Below, in pieces: positions 44,766 to 55,900 of a stretch of 62,012 nucleotides of DNA. A program made the translations under genes and the position numbers. Source of the DNA: Campylobacterales bacterium. Lineage in GTDB: Bacteria > Campylobacterota > Campylobacteria > Campylobacterales > QNZT01. Each line of letters starts with the position of its first letter. The stretch's first letter is position 1. The notes beneath the pieces are model-generated. The model did no database searches. It worked only from the letters and a program-made list of their open reading frames with translations, and was not told the origin of the DNA. The DNA lies in the NCBI GenBank assembly GCA_027066435.1, contig JAMONX010000156.1, positions 1 to 62,012 of the forward strand. Reading direction: 5' to 3'.

Positions 44766-47573
44766 ATGGATACTATAAAAGTATATGGTGCTAGAGAAAA
44801 TAATCTAAAATCAATCAACATCGAACTGCCAAAAAACAAAGTAGTAGTTATAACAGGAATCAGCGGAAGTGGTAAAAGTACTTTAGCATTTGATACATTG
44901 TATGCAGAGGGGCAAAGACGCTATATGGAGTCTTTATCTTCATATGCTAGGCAGTTTTTAGATCGCATTGGGAAACCTGATGTTGATAAGATTGAGGGAC
45001 TTACTCCTGCGATTGCGATTGATCAAAAAACTACTTCTAAAAATCCTCGTTCAACCGTTGGAACTATCACTGAAATTTATGACTATTTTAGACTTCTTTA
45101 TGCAAGAGTTGGAAAACAGCATTGCCATCAATGCTCTAAACCAATTTCGCAAATGAGTGCAAGTGATGTTATTGAGCAAGTTTTAAAACTTCCAAATGGG
45201 GCAAAAGTAGTGCTTATGGCTCCACTTGTTAGAGAGAAAAAGGGTAGTTTTTCTGAGATGCTAGAGTCTCTTAGCCATAAAGGTTATGTAAGAGCTATGG
45301 TTGATGGTGTCATGGTTCGATTAGATGAAGAGATAGAGCTTAGTAAAACTAAAAAACATACGATAAAAGTGGTAATTGATAGAGTTGTTATCAAAGAGGA
45401 GAACCGTCAAAGAGTTGCTGAAGATGTTGAAAAAGCACTTAAAGAGAGTTATGGCGAACTTGAAATTGATATTTTAAATCACGAAGAGGTTGGTTTGGAA
45501 TCAAATCATATACATTATAGTGAGCATTTTGCATGTTTTGATTGTAAAATCTCTTTTGAACCGTTGGAGCCTTTATCATTTTCATTTAATTCTCCAAAGG
45601 GAGCTTGTAGTGTATGTGATGGTTTGGGGATTCGTTATGCTATTGATATGAAAAAGATTATTGATGAGCATTTAAGTATTGATAAGGGTGCGGTTAAACT
45701 CTTTTATGGTTTTAACAAAGGGTATTATGCCAAGTTTTTGAAAGCTTTTTGTGATGAAAACGATATAGATACCACAGTGCCTTTTGAGGAGCTTATGCCG
45801 CATCAACAAAAAGCGGTGCTTCACGGAGGGGCTAGTGAAGCTGAATTTATCTGGAAAAGACATAAACTGAAAAGAAGATTTGAAGGCGTTGTAAAAATCG
45901 CTTACAATATGATAAAAGATGAAAAAGAGTTAGCAGAATACATGAGTGAAAAAGTTTGTGACAAGTGTGAAGGAAATAGACTTTCTCTTGAATCTTTATC
46001 GGTAATTGTAGCAAAAACAGGTATTGCAAAGTTGCTTAAAATGCCTATTGAAGATTGTTATAAATTTTTTGCAAATGAGAAAAACTTTGAGTATTTTTCA
46101 AATCAACAAAAACTTATAGCCTCACCCATACTAAAAGAGATAAATGAGAGACTCTTTTTCTTATATGATGTAGGGCTTGGATATCTAGCTCTTGGCAGGG
46201 ATGCAAGAAGCATCAGTGGAGGAGAAGCCCAACGAATAAGAATAGCTTCACAAATTGGTAGTGGGCTTACTGGTGTTATGTATGTTTTGGATGAGCCAAG
46301 TATTGGACTTCATGAGAGAGATACCTTGAAGCTTATCAGAACTTTAAAAAATCTTCAAAATAAAGGAAATTCAGTCATAGTTGTAGAGCATGACAAAGAG
46401 ACTATTGAGGCTGCTGATTTTATCATCGATATCGGTCCAAAAGCTGGTAAGGGTGGCGGAGAGGTTATCTTTAGTGGCACATTGGAGGATTTAAAAAAGG
46501 CTGATACTTTGACAGCTGATTATCTTTATGGTAGAAAAAAGATAGATTATTTTTGTGCAAGAAAACAAGAGAGCTGGATAGAGATAAACAATGTTACGAT
46601 TAACAATATAGAAGATTTATCAGTTAAAATACCACTTAAAAATCTTGTAGCCATAACAGGCGTTAGCGGTAGTGGCAAAAGCTCTCTAATCCTTCAAACA
46701 CTTCTCCCCGTTGCAAAAGAAATTTTAAATCGTGCTAGAAAAGTCAAAAAAGTAGATGGTGTAGAGTGCATAGGACTTGAACAGTTAGATAAGGTAATCT
46801 ATCTAGACCAAAGCCCAATAGGAAGAACTCCAAGAAGTAATCCAGCAACTTACACTGGCATCATGGATGAGATAAGAGAGCTTTTTACAAAAACCAAAGA
46901 GGCACAAATAAGAGGATATAAGATAGGTCGTTTTAGTTTCAATGTAAAAGGTGGAAGATGTGAAAAGTGCCAAGGTGAAGGGCAGATAAAAATAGAGATG
47001 CACTTTTTGCCAGATATCTTAGTAAAATGTGATGCTTGTAATGGCTCAAGATACAATGCTCAAACACTTGAAGTTCACTATAAAGGTAAAAGCATCTCAG
47101 ATGTATTGCATATGAGTGTAGATGATGCAATGGACTTTTTTACAGCAATTCCTAAAATCCACCAAAAGCTAAAAACTCTTCAAGATGTAGGGTTAGGATA
47201 TATAACTCTTGGACAAAATGTAGTAACTTTGAGTGGCGGTGAAGCACAAAGAATAAAACTTGGAAAAGAGTTAAGTAAAAAAGATACAGGCAAAACACTT
47301 TATATACTTGATGAGCCTACAACTGGGCTTCACTTTGCAGATGTTGATAGACTTGTAAAGGTTCTTCACCACTTGACAGACCTTGGCAACTCAGTTTTAG
47401 TAATAGAACACAATATGGATGTAATTAAAAATGCTGATTATGTTATAGATATAGGACCAGAGGGCGGAGCAAAAGGTGGTAAGGTTGTAGATGTAGGAAC
47501 ACCTAAAGAGATTGCTAAAAATCATAAAAAAAGTGGGAGTTATACAGGAAAATATTTGCTAAATGAGATATAA
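44766..47573 (+). CDS. uvrA: Excinuclease ABC subunit A
   Basis: Two ABC modules (GISGSGKST, GVSGSGKSS, LSGGEAQR x2), zinc modules (CxxC pairs). 935 aa. Confidence 0.97.
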   Translation: MDTIKVYGARENNLKSINIELPKNKVVVITGISGSGKSTLAFDTLYAEGQRRYMESLSSYARQFLDRIGKPDVDKIEGLTPAIAIDQKTTSKNPRSTVGTITEIYDYFRLLYARVGKQHCHQCSKPISQMSASDVIEQVLKLPNGAKVVLMAPLVREKKGSFSEMLESLSHKGYVRAMVDGVMVRLDEEIELSKTKKHTIKVVIDRVVIKEENRQRVAEDVEKALKESYGELEIDILNHEEVGLESNHIHYSEHFACFDCKISFEPLEPLSFSFNSPKGACSVCDGLGIRYAIDMKKIIDEHLSIDKGAVKLFYGFNKGYYAKFLKAFCDENDIDTTVPFEELMPHQQKAVLHGGASEAEFIWKRHKLKRRFEGVVKIAYNMIKDEKELAEYMSEKVCDKCEGNRLSLESLSVIVAKTGIAKLLKMPIEDCYKFFANEKNFEYFSNQQKLIASPILKEINERLFFLYDVGLGYLALGRDARSISGGEAQRIRIASQIGSGLTGVMYVLDEPSIGLHERDTLKLIRTLKNLQNKGNSVIVVEHDKETIEAADFIIDIGPKAGKGGGEVIFSGTLEDLKKADTLTADYLYGRKKIDYFCARKQESWIEINNVTINNIEDLSVKIPLKNLVAITGVSGSGKSSLILQTLLPVAKEILNRARKVKKVDGVECIGLEQLDKVIYLDQSPIGRTPRSNPATYTGIMDEIRELFTKTKEAQIRGYKIGRFSFNVKGGRCEKCQGEGQIKIEMHFLPDILVKCDACNGSRYNAQTLEVHYKGKSISDVLHMSVDDAMDFFTAIPKIHQKLKTLQDVGLGYITLGQNVVTLSGGEAQRIKLGKELSKKDTGKTLYILDEPTTGLHFADVDRLVKVLHHLTDLGNSVLVIEHNMDVIKNADYVIDIGPEGGAKGGKVVDVGTPKEIAKNHKKSGSYTGKYLLNEI

Positions 47574-47602
47574 TATCATCTAAGAAAATAAAAGGATTTA
47601 AA

Positions 47603-48088
47603 ATGCGAGAAAAAAGTATAGAATTATTAAACAAATCAATAGCTGAAGAGATGTCAGCACTAAACCAATATATGTTTTTTCATTTTCATTGTGATGATCA
47701 AGATTATAGTTTATTGTCAGCACTTTTTAAGAAAGTTGCAATTGAAGAGATGATACATGTTGAAAACTTAGCTGATAGAATACTCTTTTTAAAAGGTGAA
47801 ATCGTTATGGAAGCTTCACAAAAAGTAAAGCAAATAACAGATGTCAAGGGAATGTTACAGTTTGCAATAGATTCAGAAGAAGAAGCAATAATAGATTATA
47901 ACAATTGGGCAATAGAGTGTTCAAAAAATGCGGATAGTGTTACTAAATCTCTGTTTGAGAGTTTAGTAGTTGATGAAGAGAGACACTATGGTATCTTTGA
48001 TAGCGAGATGGATAAACTTAAAAAGTTTGGTGATCAGTATCTTGCACTGCAATCAATAGAGGGAAGTAAAGCTTTAGGTCAAGTCTAA
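47603..48088 (+). CDS. bfr: Bacterioferritin / ferritin-like di-iron protein
   Basis: LLNKSIAEEMSALNQYMFFHF, EEMIHV, DEERHY ferroxidase-centre ligands. 161 aa. Confidence 0.7.
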   Translation: MREKSIELLNKSIAEEMSALNQYMFFHFHCDDQDYSLLSALFKKVAIEEMIHVENLADRILFLKGEIVMEASQKVKQITDVKGMLQFAIDSEEEAIIDYNNWAIECSKNADSVTKSLFESLVVDEERHYGIFDSEMDKLKKFGDQYLALQSIEGSKALGQV

Positions 48089-48203
48089 ATTCCTAACTTT
48101 TACTATTGTTTTTTTGTAAAAAACATTTTAATTTTATTTTCAAAGATAACTTAAATAAAAAAATGATAATATTACAAATATTTTTAACAAAAGGATTATT
48201 AGT

Positions 48204-48695
48204 ATGAACAAACTTAGTTTTAGGAAAGTATTTTTTACTTCAGCGGTAGCAGTAGCGGTTTTATTTTCAGGTTGTGGAAGTGATGATGATGATAAGGTGA
48301 GTGGTGATAGTAATATAACATCAGGAGAGCTTGGTAGTGTTGCAGCTGGCGCTGATGATGGAAGTGTTGCAGTTGGAGGTGACGATAATGGGAATGGAGC
48401 TACTTCAGGTGGTGTAGTTATTGGTTCATCTTTGGCAGTAGAACTTGCTGCAAATGCAGGTGCTAATTATTTTGTAACGAATCTTAATCCAAATGATACC
48501 GATTCAACTTACAAGAAAATTGGTGGTATAGATAAAAGTAAGTTTTATGTTTTTAAAACTGGAACAGTACAATTTACTGTTCAAACTAATACACCAAAAG
48601 ATGAAGATGGTGACAGTGTATATAACCTTATAGTTGAGGAAACAGCTGCAAGTGGAACAGTTACAAATATTGAGCTTAATGTAACAGTTAAATAA
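48204..48695 (+). CDS. Lipoprotein with Gly/Asp-rich linker
   Basis: Lipobox FSGC. Confidence 0.6.
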   Translation: MNKLSFRKVFFTSAVAVAVLFSGCGSDDDDKVSGDSNITSGELGSVAAGADDGSVAVGGDDNGNGATSGGVVIGSSLAVELAANAGANYFVTNLNPNDTDSTYKKIGGIDKSKFYVFKTGTVQFTVQTNTPKDEDGDSVYNLIVEETAASGTVTNIELNVTVK

Positions 48696-48707
48696 TATTT
48701 CTACAAC

Positions 48708-48740
48708 AAAGAGATTTCGAATTGAAATCTCTTTACTTTT
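48708..48740 (+). terminator. Rho-independent terminator-like hairpin
   Basis: AAAGAGATTTC (48708-48718), loop GAATT, GAAATCTCTTT (48724-48734), then ACTTTT. Confidence 0.6.
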
Positions 48741-48802
48741 ACTTCAAAATTTAAACCAATATAAGATAAAATCTATCTACTACAAAAGGGTTAATTTATA
48801 GT

Positions 48803-50158
48803 ATGCTTAAATGTTTTTTGATTTTGATTTTTCTCACCTTCTCTCTAAATGCAGTAGATGCAAACAGTTCACAAAAAAATGATTTTATAGAATCAATGTT
48901 AGAGCAAGGAAAAGAGTCCAATACTTCGATGGTAAAATCCCTTGAACTTAGTGGTGTTATTGAGCAAATAAATGCCTATCCACTTGTAGAAAAGATAAAT
49001 AATTATCTTGATTATATTCATACTGATATAGGGAGATTGGCACTTTTTATACTTGTTGTTATTCTCTCATATTTTCTAAAAGATATTGGTCAAATAATTT
49101 TTCCAACATTAAAGAAGATATTTAAAACTACAAAAGAGAATCCCCATGATACTGATGTTGATGATTTTAATGGACTCAAAGATCCATTAGCATTTTTAAT
49201 TAAAGTTTTTGGTATCAACCTCGCTGTTGATATACTTTTTTATCCATCAGATGCACATAAAATTATTGAAGTTGCTCTTTATATTGGTTATCTTGTTGGT
49301 TTCTCTCGTCTTTTTATGGTTTTTACAGATATCTTTTTTGACCTCTATTTTACAAATGCTTATAAAGAGAAAAATATTGAGTTTAGAAAAGAGCTTGTAA
49401 ATTTAGTAAAACAGATAATCAAAGCGGTCATTGTTATCATAGCTTTTTTACTATTTTTAAAAGAGCTTGATGTAGACATCACAGGTTTTGTTGCATCATT
49501 GGGGCTTGGTGGTTTGGTTATTGCTATGGCTTCAAAAGATACAATTTCTAACTTTTTTGGTTCGCTAAAGATTATATTTGATGAATCTTTCTCGCAAGGA
49601 GATTGGATAAAAGTTGCTGGAGTTGAAGGAACAGTTGTAGAACTTGGCTTTATAAGTACAAAAATCAGAACCTTTGACAACTCTCTTATCTCTTTACCAA
49701 ATGCAAAACTTGCAAATGAATCGGTACAAAACTGGAATAGAAGAGAGATAGGACGAAGAATCAAGATGCATATAGGTGTATCTTACGATGCTAAAAGAGA
49801 AGATCTTTTGAAAGCAGTGGATGAGATTAGAGAGATGCTAATAGTTCATCCACATATTGCAACACAGAGCAAGATTGGATTTAAAAGAAGAGAATCTACT
49901 TTAATTGAGAGTAATGATCTTTTAGGTGTTAAATCTACACTTTTAGTTAATATTGACTCTTTTGGAGAGTCTACTATCAATATCTTGATTTATGCATTTT
50001 CAACAACAGTAGATTGGGCAACATGGCTTAAAGTTAAACAAGATGTATTGATGAAGATTTGGGAGATATTAGATAAAAATAATTTAGAGATAGCATTTCC
50101 AACACGAACAATTCATCTTGAACAAAAAGAAATTAAAGAAAAAAAAGGGAGTATATGA
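48803..50158 (+). CDS. MscS-family mechanosensitive channel
   Basis: GDWIKVAGVEGTVVELGFISTKIRTFDNSLISLPNAKL is the typical MscS beta-domain motif. Several TM helices upstream. Confidence 0.8.
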   Translation: MLKCFLILIFLTFSLNAVDANSSQKNDFIESMLEQGKESNTSMVKSLELSGVIEQINAYPLVEKINNYLDYIHTDIGRLALFILVVILSYFLKDIGQIIFPTLKKIFKTTKENPHDTDVDDFNGLKDPLAFLIKVFGINLAVDILFYPSDAHKIIEVALYIGYLVGFSRLFMVFTDIFFDLYFTNAYKEKNIEFRKELVNLVKQIIKAVIVIIAFLLFLKELDVDITGFVASLGLGGLVIAMASKDTISNFFGSLKIIFDESFSQGDWIKVAGVEGTVVELGFISTKIRTFDNSLISLPNAKLANESVQNWNRREIGRRIKMHIGVSYDAKREDLLKAVDEIREMLIVHPHIATQSKIGFKRRESTLIESNDLLGVKSTLLVNIDSFGESTINILIYAFSTTVDWATWLKVKQDVLMKIWEILDKNNLEIAFPTRTIHLEQKEIKEKKGSI

Positions 50159-50457
50159 TTATTTTATTGCCACTATCTGCAAAGGTTAACGAGGGTGGAA
50201 AACTTATAAATTTAGATAAAGTTGTTATTTGGGGATTTTTTGTTTTAGAGGAGGGTAGAGTACAAAAAGTTGATTATTTTAAAGATAGAGCCGATTTTGA
50301 TGGATGGATAGATGTTGTTGTAGTTGCTGATAAAGGTGACTATATTTGGCCTTTTATGGAAGAATCTATACCCGTTTTAGAAGCACCAGTTCAAAGAGAA
50401 GTAGATGATGTTATAGAGGCTTTTTTATTTAAAGAGCTTTATGAAATTACAAATTAA
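50155..50457 (+). CDS. Hypothetical protein
   Basis: 100-aa ORF with a 4-nt overlap with the mscS-like gene. Confidence 0.4.
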   Translation: MIILLPLSAKVNEGGKLINLDKVVIWGFFVLEEGRVQKVDYFKDRADFDGWIDVVVVADKGDYIWPFMEESIPVLEAPVQREVDDVIEAFLFKELYEITN

Positions 50458-50466
50458 GGGATAATT

Positions 50467-50913
50467 GTGACTGGATTTGTATTATATATTCATGTTCTAG
50501 CAGCGGCTTCTTGGGTTGGTGGTGCAATGCTTTTGTTTGTACTTGGTGTTTTTATGCGTGATAAAGAGGCAATTCGTACTGTTTATCATCATATTGGTCC
50601 ACTGTATGGGTATTTTGAGTCAGTTGTACTTTTAGTGATATTGGCATCTGGGACTTATCTATATATGGCTTATGGTTTACATTATCTATGGAATGGTCCA
50701 GATGTTATGCTCTCCTATTATCTTTATACAAAAATATATCTTGTTTTGTTTATGGTTTTTATAACTGTTGTGCATATGTATATTTCACTTAAAGCCCATG
50801 GAAGAGAGAGAACTATTATAGAAAAAATTATCTCTCGTGGAACTTCACTTGGGATTTTTATATTAAATCTTATTGTTTTATATTTTGCTGTTCAAATAGG
50901 AACTATTTTATAA
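50467..50913 (+). CDS. Four-TM membrane protein, unknown function
   Basis: GTG start, hydrophobic helices throughout. Confidence 0.45.
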   Translation: MTGFVLYIHVLAAASWVGGAMLLFVLGVFMRDKEAIRTVYHHIGPLYGYFESVVLLVILASGTYLYMAYGLHYLWNGPDVMLSYYLYTKIYLVLFMVFITVVHMYISLKAHGRERTIIEKIISRGTSLGIFILNLIVLYFAVQIGTIL

Positions 50914-50914
50914 C

Positions 50915-51358
50915 TTATGATTTACTTTTTATGAGACTTTGATGATTTAGTTTTATACTAACAAAGTCTCCGCTAAAAGTAACTATATCGTTTACTTTTG
51001 CTATTACGCTTATATTCTTTTTGCCTGAGATATTTGTTGTAGCTGTTGCTTCAAAGATAACTTCCAAATCATTACTTTTTATGGGATTTAAAAAATCTAT
51101 TTTTGCTGAGAGCAGAAATATATTTTTCTCATTTACTGCTGCCATAGCACAAAAATTTGCAGCTGAAAATATTGAACCGTCATAAACCATACCACTATCA
51201 TCTACACTTTCACTCTTTTGAGAATTTATAGATATTTTAGCATAACCATCATCAAGTGCTAGTAGTTTATATGAGTGGTTTGCATGTATATTTTTATGCG
51301 TTCTTAGTTCATTTTTTGTATGTATCTCTTCCTCTTGTACTTCTAAATCTTCGACCAT
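50915..51358 (-). CDS. Possible hotdog-fold (PaaI-like) thioesterase
   Basis: Size and the pattern GMVYDGSIFSAANFCAMAAV...LSAKIDFLNPI are suggestive only. Confidence 0.35.
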   Translation of the reverse strand: MVEDLEVQEEEIHTKNELRTHKNIHANHSYKLLALDDGYAKISINSQKSESVDDSGMVYDGSIFSAANFCAMAAVNEKNIFLLSAKIDFLNPIKSNDLEVIFEATATTNISGKKNISVIAKVNDIVTFSGDFVSIKLNHQSLIKSKS

Positions 51359-51409
51359 TTAAATTCCTATATTTTATATCTAACAATATCGGGATTTTAT
51401 GCAAAAGCT

Positions 51410-52324
51410 TTAGAGATATCCTTTAATATAAACTCTTTTAGGAGCAGGATAACCTTCAACCGTTTTAAGTGGATTAGAAGGATCGAGAAAATTATTTAAA
51501 CTCTCTCCTTTTGCCCAATCTGTTCTTCTTTGTTCATTTAAATCAGTCTGTTTTATCTCTAGCACTTCTATCTTTTTAAAACCAGCTCTTTTACACCAGT
51601 TCCTAAGAGCTGGTAAAGTTGGTATAAAATAGATATTTGGGATTTTTGAATAAGTTTTTTGGGGAGTTAAACAAATCTCCTCTTCACCATCAATCATAAA
51701 TGTATCAAGATATAAAACTCCACCAGTGCTTAATCCCTTTTTCAAAGATTTCAGAGTTTTTATAGGGTCACTTCTATGATAAAGTACTCCAAGACAAAAA
51801 ATAATATCAAATTTCCGATTATATATATCAAGATGCTCAACTCCTAGCATCTCAAAAATAATATCACTTTTTATAAAATGATTTATAAAATCAAATTGTG
51901 TTTTATATAAAGGTGAAGGGTCAAATCCAACAATCTTTTTAGGATTTTGGCAAAGCATGCGAAACATATAGTAACCATTATTGCATCCAATATCAGCTAC
52001 AACTTTATCTTTTAAATCTATGTAAGGTTCTAAAAGATTATATTTCATAAAGCTTTGCCACTCACTATCGATAAATATATCAGATATTTTAAAAGGACCT
52101 TTTCTCCAAGGGGAGAGTGCTTTTGCAAAATTCTCTATCTCTTGAAGCTGTTTTATAGATGCATCTAGCGATATCTCTACAATATCACCAAGATTATATT
52201 TTACAGAGATTTCATCAAGAGCATCTAGCCTTTCTCTAAGTGGTGCTACATCTTTCCATGTAAGCCATTTTTCTCTACTTTTTTGAACATCTATTAGATT
52301 CAATTTGCCCCTTTTCGCACTCAT
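51410..52324 (-). CDS. cmoB: tRNA U34 carboxymethyltransferase
   Basis: SPWRKGPFKISDIFIDSEWQSFMKYNLL parallels the E. coli CmoB PWRKGPF...IDTEWRSDWKW block. SAM motif VADIGCNNGY. Confidence 0.85.
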   Translation of the reverse strand: MSAKRGKLNLIDVQKSREKWLTWKDVAPLRERLDALDEISVKYNLGDIVEISLDASIKQLQEIENFAKALSPWRKGPFKISDIFIDSEWQSFMKYNLLEPYIDLKDKVVADIGCNNGYYMFRMLCQNPKKIVGFDPSPLYKTQFDFINHFIKSDIIFEMLGVEHLDIYNRKFDIIFCLGVLYHRSDPIKTLKSLKKGLSTGGVLYLDTFMIDGEEEICLTPQKTYSKIPNIYFIPTLPALRNWCKRAGFKKIEVLEIKQTDLNEQRRTDWAKGESLNNFLDPSNPLKTVEGYPAPKRVYIKGYL

Positions 52325-52547
52325 TAGGATATTCTAAATATGATCCTATCTCTTTACCAATCTCTTTAATTCCCTCTTTTGCTTCACTATAATCTATGAT
52401 ATTTTCATCACAAGTTTCAATATAGTTTCCATCTTTGTCATAATAACTTCTGCAATTGTCATAAAGATTTGCAGATACTCCACGGTCGTTGAAGTATAAA
52501 CATCCTTGAAGTGATAAAATTATTAGTATAAATATAATCTCTCTCAT
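52275..52547 (-). CDS. Small Cys-rich lipoprotein
   Basis: Start placed at MREIIFILIILSLQGC (lipobox LQGC); the track ORF extends to 52589. The 3' end overlaps the cmoB start by 50 nt. Confidence 0.45.
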   Translation of the reverse strand: MREIIFILIILSLQGCLYFNDRGVSANLYDNCRSYYDKDGNYIETCDENIIDYSEAKEGIKEIGKEIGSYLEYPNECEKGQIESNRCSKK

Positions 52548-52636
52548 ATCTCTATTGTACAAAATTTTTACAAAATTAAAGCTATGCATAGTTAATCCGA
52601 TATTGTTTTTTGATTAAGCCAAATAGGAGTTAAAAA

Positions 52637-52969
52637 ATGTTAACTACAATACAAGATGCACTAAAACATATAAAAGAAGTTCAAACAAATGTAACACAGC
52701 TAAACCATAGCTCAATGACTATGCTTAGTGATTCTATCTTTGATTCTGGTATTGAAATCTGTGAAGATGGATATGTAGCCTTGCAACATCAAGATATTTT
52801 AACTCAACAGTTAAATGCTACAAGCGAGCTTTTAGAAATGATTTGTAAATATATAGATGAGAGTAAAGATGAGAATTTAAAAAAGAATATTGCTTCTGCT
52901 TTAACAGTTGCAAAAGCAAAAAAAGAGGCATTTAGTGGAAATGCATTTGAAAAAAAATATGAAGTTTAA
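52637..52969 (+). CDS. Hypothetical 110-aa protein with a CheZ-like DxxxQ motif (tentative)
   Basis: ALQHQDILTQQL resembles the FQDLTGQ active-site helix of CheZ-type phosphatases. Confidence 0.4.
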   Translation: MLTTIQDALKHIKEVQTNVTQLNHSSMTMLSDSIFDSGIEICEDGYVALQHQDILTQQLNATSELLEMICKYIDESKDENLKKNIASALTVAKAKKEAFSGNAFEKKYEV

Positions 52970-55900
52970 TACTCATTTTTATATAAAAAATCAATCCCAC
53001 TTGCATTTGGACTAAATGTAAAATCTGTCTCAAATTGTTTAGAGTGTTGATACTTTATTTTGATAGTTTGAACGATATCATTTATATAGATAATTGTCAT
53101 CTTTCTTGAAATCTTTTTACCAACTTCAAGTCCAAATTTTCCTTCATTGTTTGTAGTAAGCACAAGCTTATCTAATTTTATGCCAAAGTTTTCTACAAGC
53201 TCTTTTGCAAATACATTTCCAAACATAGAGATTGCGGCTTTTGAAGAGTCCCCTTCATTACTTAATAATTCTTCAGTTGTTGAGTTAAAAAGTAAAATTG
53301 AGAGGATATCACTTTGTGTTAAAAATGGAGTTGAACTAAAGTTTATAATAGGAGAATCTAATAATCCATTGATATTTATATCAATTAAATATGGGTCACT
53401 TTCGTGTTCAAGGTTGATATTTAAAAATGGATTTATGATAGGACCTGCAAAGATAATTTCGCCATTTTCTATTTTGAACTCTTTTTTACTCTCTATATGA
53501 GTACCTTTTATAAGTTTTACAAGACCTAAAAGCTCAAACTCTTTTTGTCTCTCTTTCCAAAGTTGCAAATCTAGCTTTAGCTCTATTTGTGTATTGTCAA
53601 CTTTATATAAAATTGGATTATTTGAATGAAGTGAAATATCAACAATGAGATTATTCTCTTTTTTTAGAGCTTTAAGTTCATTCTCTTTTTGTATTATTAT
53701 GATGTCATCATCTTGAACAAAATACTCTTTTTTGCTTTCGTAAGTTATAACTCCATTTAGTATGTCTACGGCTCCTTCTATATTAGTAGACTCAGGTTTG
53801 AGTGTTGCTTTTATCTTTGCATTAAAATTTATATCTCCCTCTTTCCCCTTATAATGATATTTTTTTGTATCTAAGTTAAAAATACCTGAGCTTTTTTTAA
53901 AATCATAATTTCCTGTAAGATTTGCTTTATTATTTATCAATAAATTTTTAATCTCTATTTTTTTATCTTTAAAGATAAAAGTTGATGGTTCATTTGCTAA
54001 AAAAACTCTATCATAATCAAGGTAGATGCTAAAATAATAATATTGAAGTTTATAAAATTCCTCTTTTTTAGTTAGATTGAATTTTATTTTTTCTGCAAAA
54101 AGGAACTTATTTTCTTGATATTCATATACAAACCATCTACTTGCAACATGAAAATCAAATCCCTTTTTATCATCATATGCACAAACAACTTCTACCTCAC
54201 CATCAATAGGTTCTTTAGTAAAGTTGTAAAACTGTAAAGCTTTTTCTTGAAAAGTTTTTAGTGAGTTTGTTGATAATTTGAGATAGAGTTTTTTATTTAA
54301 ATTACCTTTTAGGGTAAATTTTTCATCTGCTATAGTTAAAGTTGCATCTAAGGCTTTACTATTTAAATCATATTGTATAAAGCTTAAAAAATCTTTGTGC
54401 ATAATATTTGCATCTATATTTTGAGTAGTGAAAGATGTTTTTACTTTTATTGGGAAAAATGATTTTAATTTTATGTTTTTATCAAAGTTTTGCAATATTG
54501 AATTTTTTGCAAGTAATAAATCTGCATTTAGCATAAAGCCATCAACATAAGAGAGATTTCCCTTTGCAGATATAGCATTTGAATCAATCTCTATATCTGC
54601 ATCTAACTTTGTAATATTATGAAAATCAATAGGCACTTGTGCTTTTATAGACCCTTTAAGCGTTGCAAGTTCTTGTGGTAAAGCTGATATATATTCATTT
54701 ATATTTATGCTATTGCTTTTTATCTCTAAAACTCCTTTTTCATATATTTTTGAGATATATTCTGCTGTTAAGTTTCTATTTTCGAGTTTGGCTCCAATTT
54801 TATGTGTATCTCCATAGAAATCTATATTATTGTTTTGCATAAGTTTTATGATATTTTTATCTAAATTTTGTAAATTATCAAATTTTAGATTTCCAGTATA
54901 AGAAAAATTATGATCATAAAGTAGGGAGCTTTTAAGTGCTATAGATTTATTATATTTTGTACTTAAATTTCCATCAATCTGTACATCAAGATAGACTGGA
55001 TGAAAGCTCAAAGCAACATCAGCTTTTGCATTTTCAACTTTAAGATTTAAATCTTTTAAATTTCCACTTAGGAGGTTTGAAGATTGTAAATAGACGGTGG
55101 ATGAGAGTCCATCTTTGTTTACTTCTAGTGAAAGATTTATTGGTTTTATTTTATTGTGATCAAAAAATGGAATAAACTTTTTAAAATATTTATCATTTAA
55201 TATAACTTCGACCGAACTAATAAGAGTACTATCTACAAGTTTTCCTTGTGAACTTAAATCCCACATATTTGTTTTAGATGTTATAAAAGTTTGTGAAGCT
55301 GAGAATACTTTAAAATCTGTTTTTAGCTCTAAAGCTTTAATCTTTAATTTTTTGATATCGTATTTATGGTAATTATATGGTTTGATATTAGTCTGGAAAT
55401 CTTTGATTTTTAAAAGTGAAATAAGATTTGAAAAATTTTTCTCTTTTTTTGTTTTACTCTCATTTGATTCTTGGTTTTTTATTTTTGTAACATAAAACTC
55501 TTCTATTTTTTCAAGATCAATATTTGTAATCCAAAGGTGATTAAAATCCAAAATTTTATTTTTTAATGTACCATCAGCCGTGATATTTGTATAGTCATTT
55601 TCTGTATATAGTGAAAAACCTCCAATTTCTAGATTTGTTAAATTACCCTTGATATCATTTGCAGTAAATTTAAATTCATCCATATTTATATCATGCTTAT
55701 TATAGGGTTTTGTAGAGAAGAAGAGAGAAGTTATGGATATTGGTGGTAAAACATTGCTCTTATTTATCTCCTGTTTTTTCTCAAATTCATCTTTTATTAG
55801 TTGTTCGAGTACACTTAAATCAACTTTTTCGAGAGTGAGAACATCAACTTTTATCTGAGCAGTTAAAAGTGCTTTGAAATTGATATCAAGATGTGCTATT

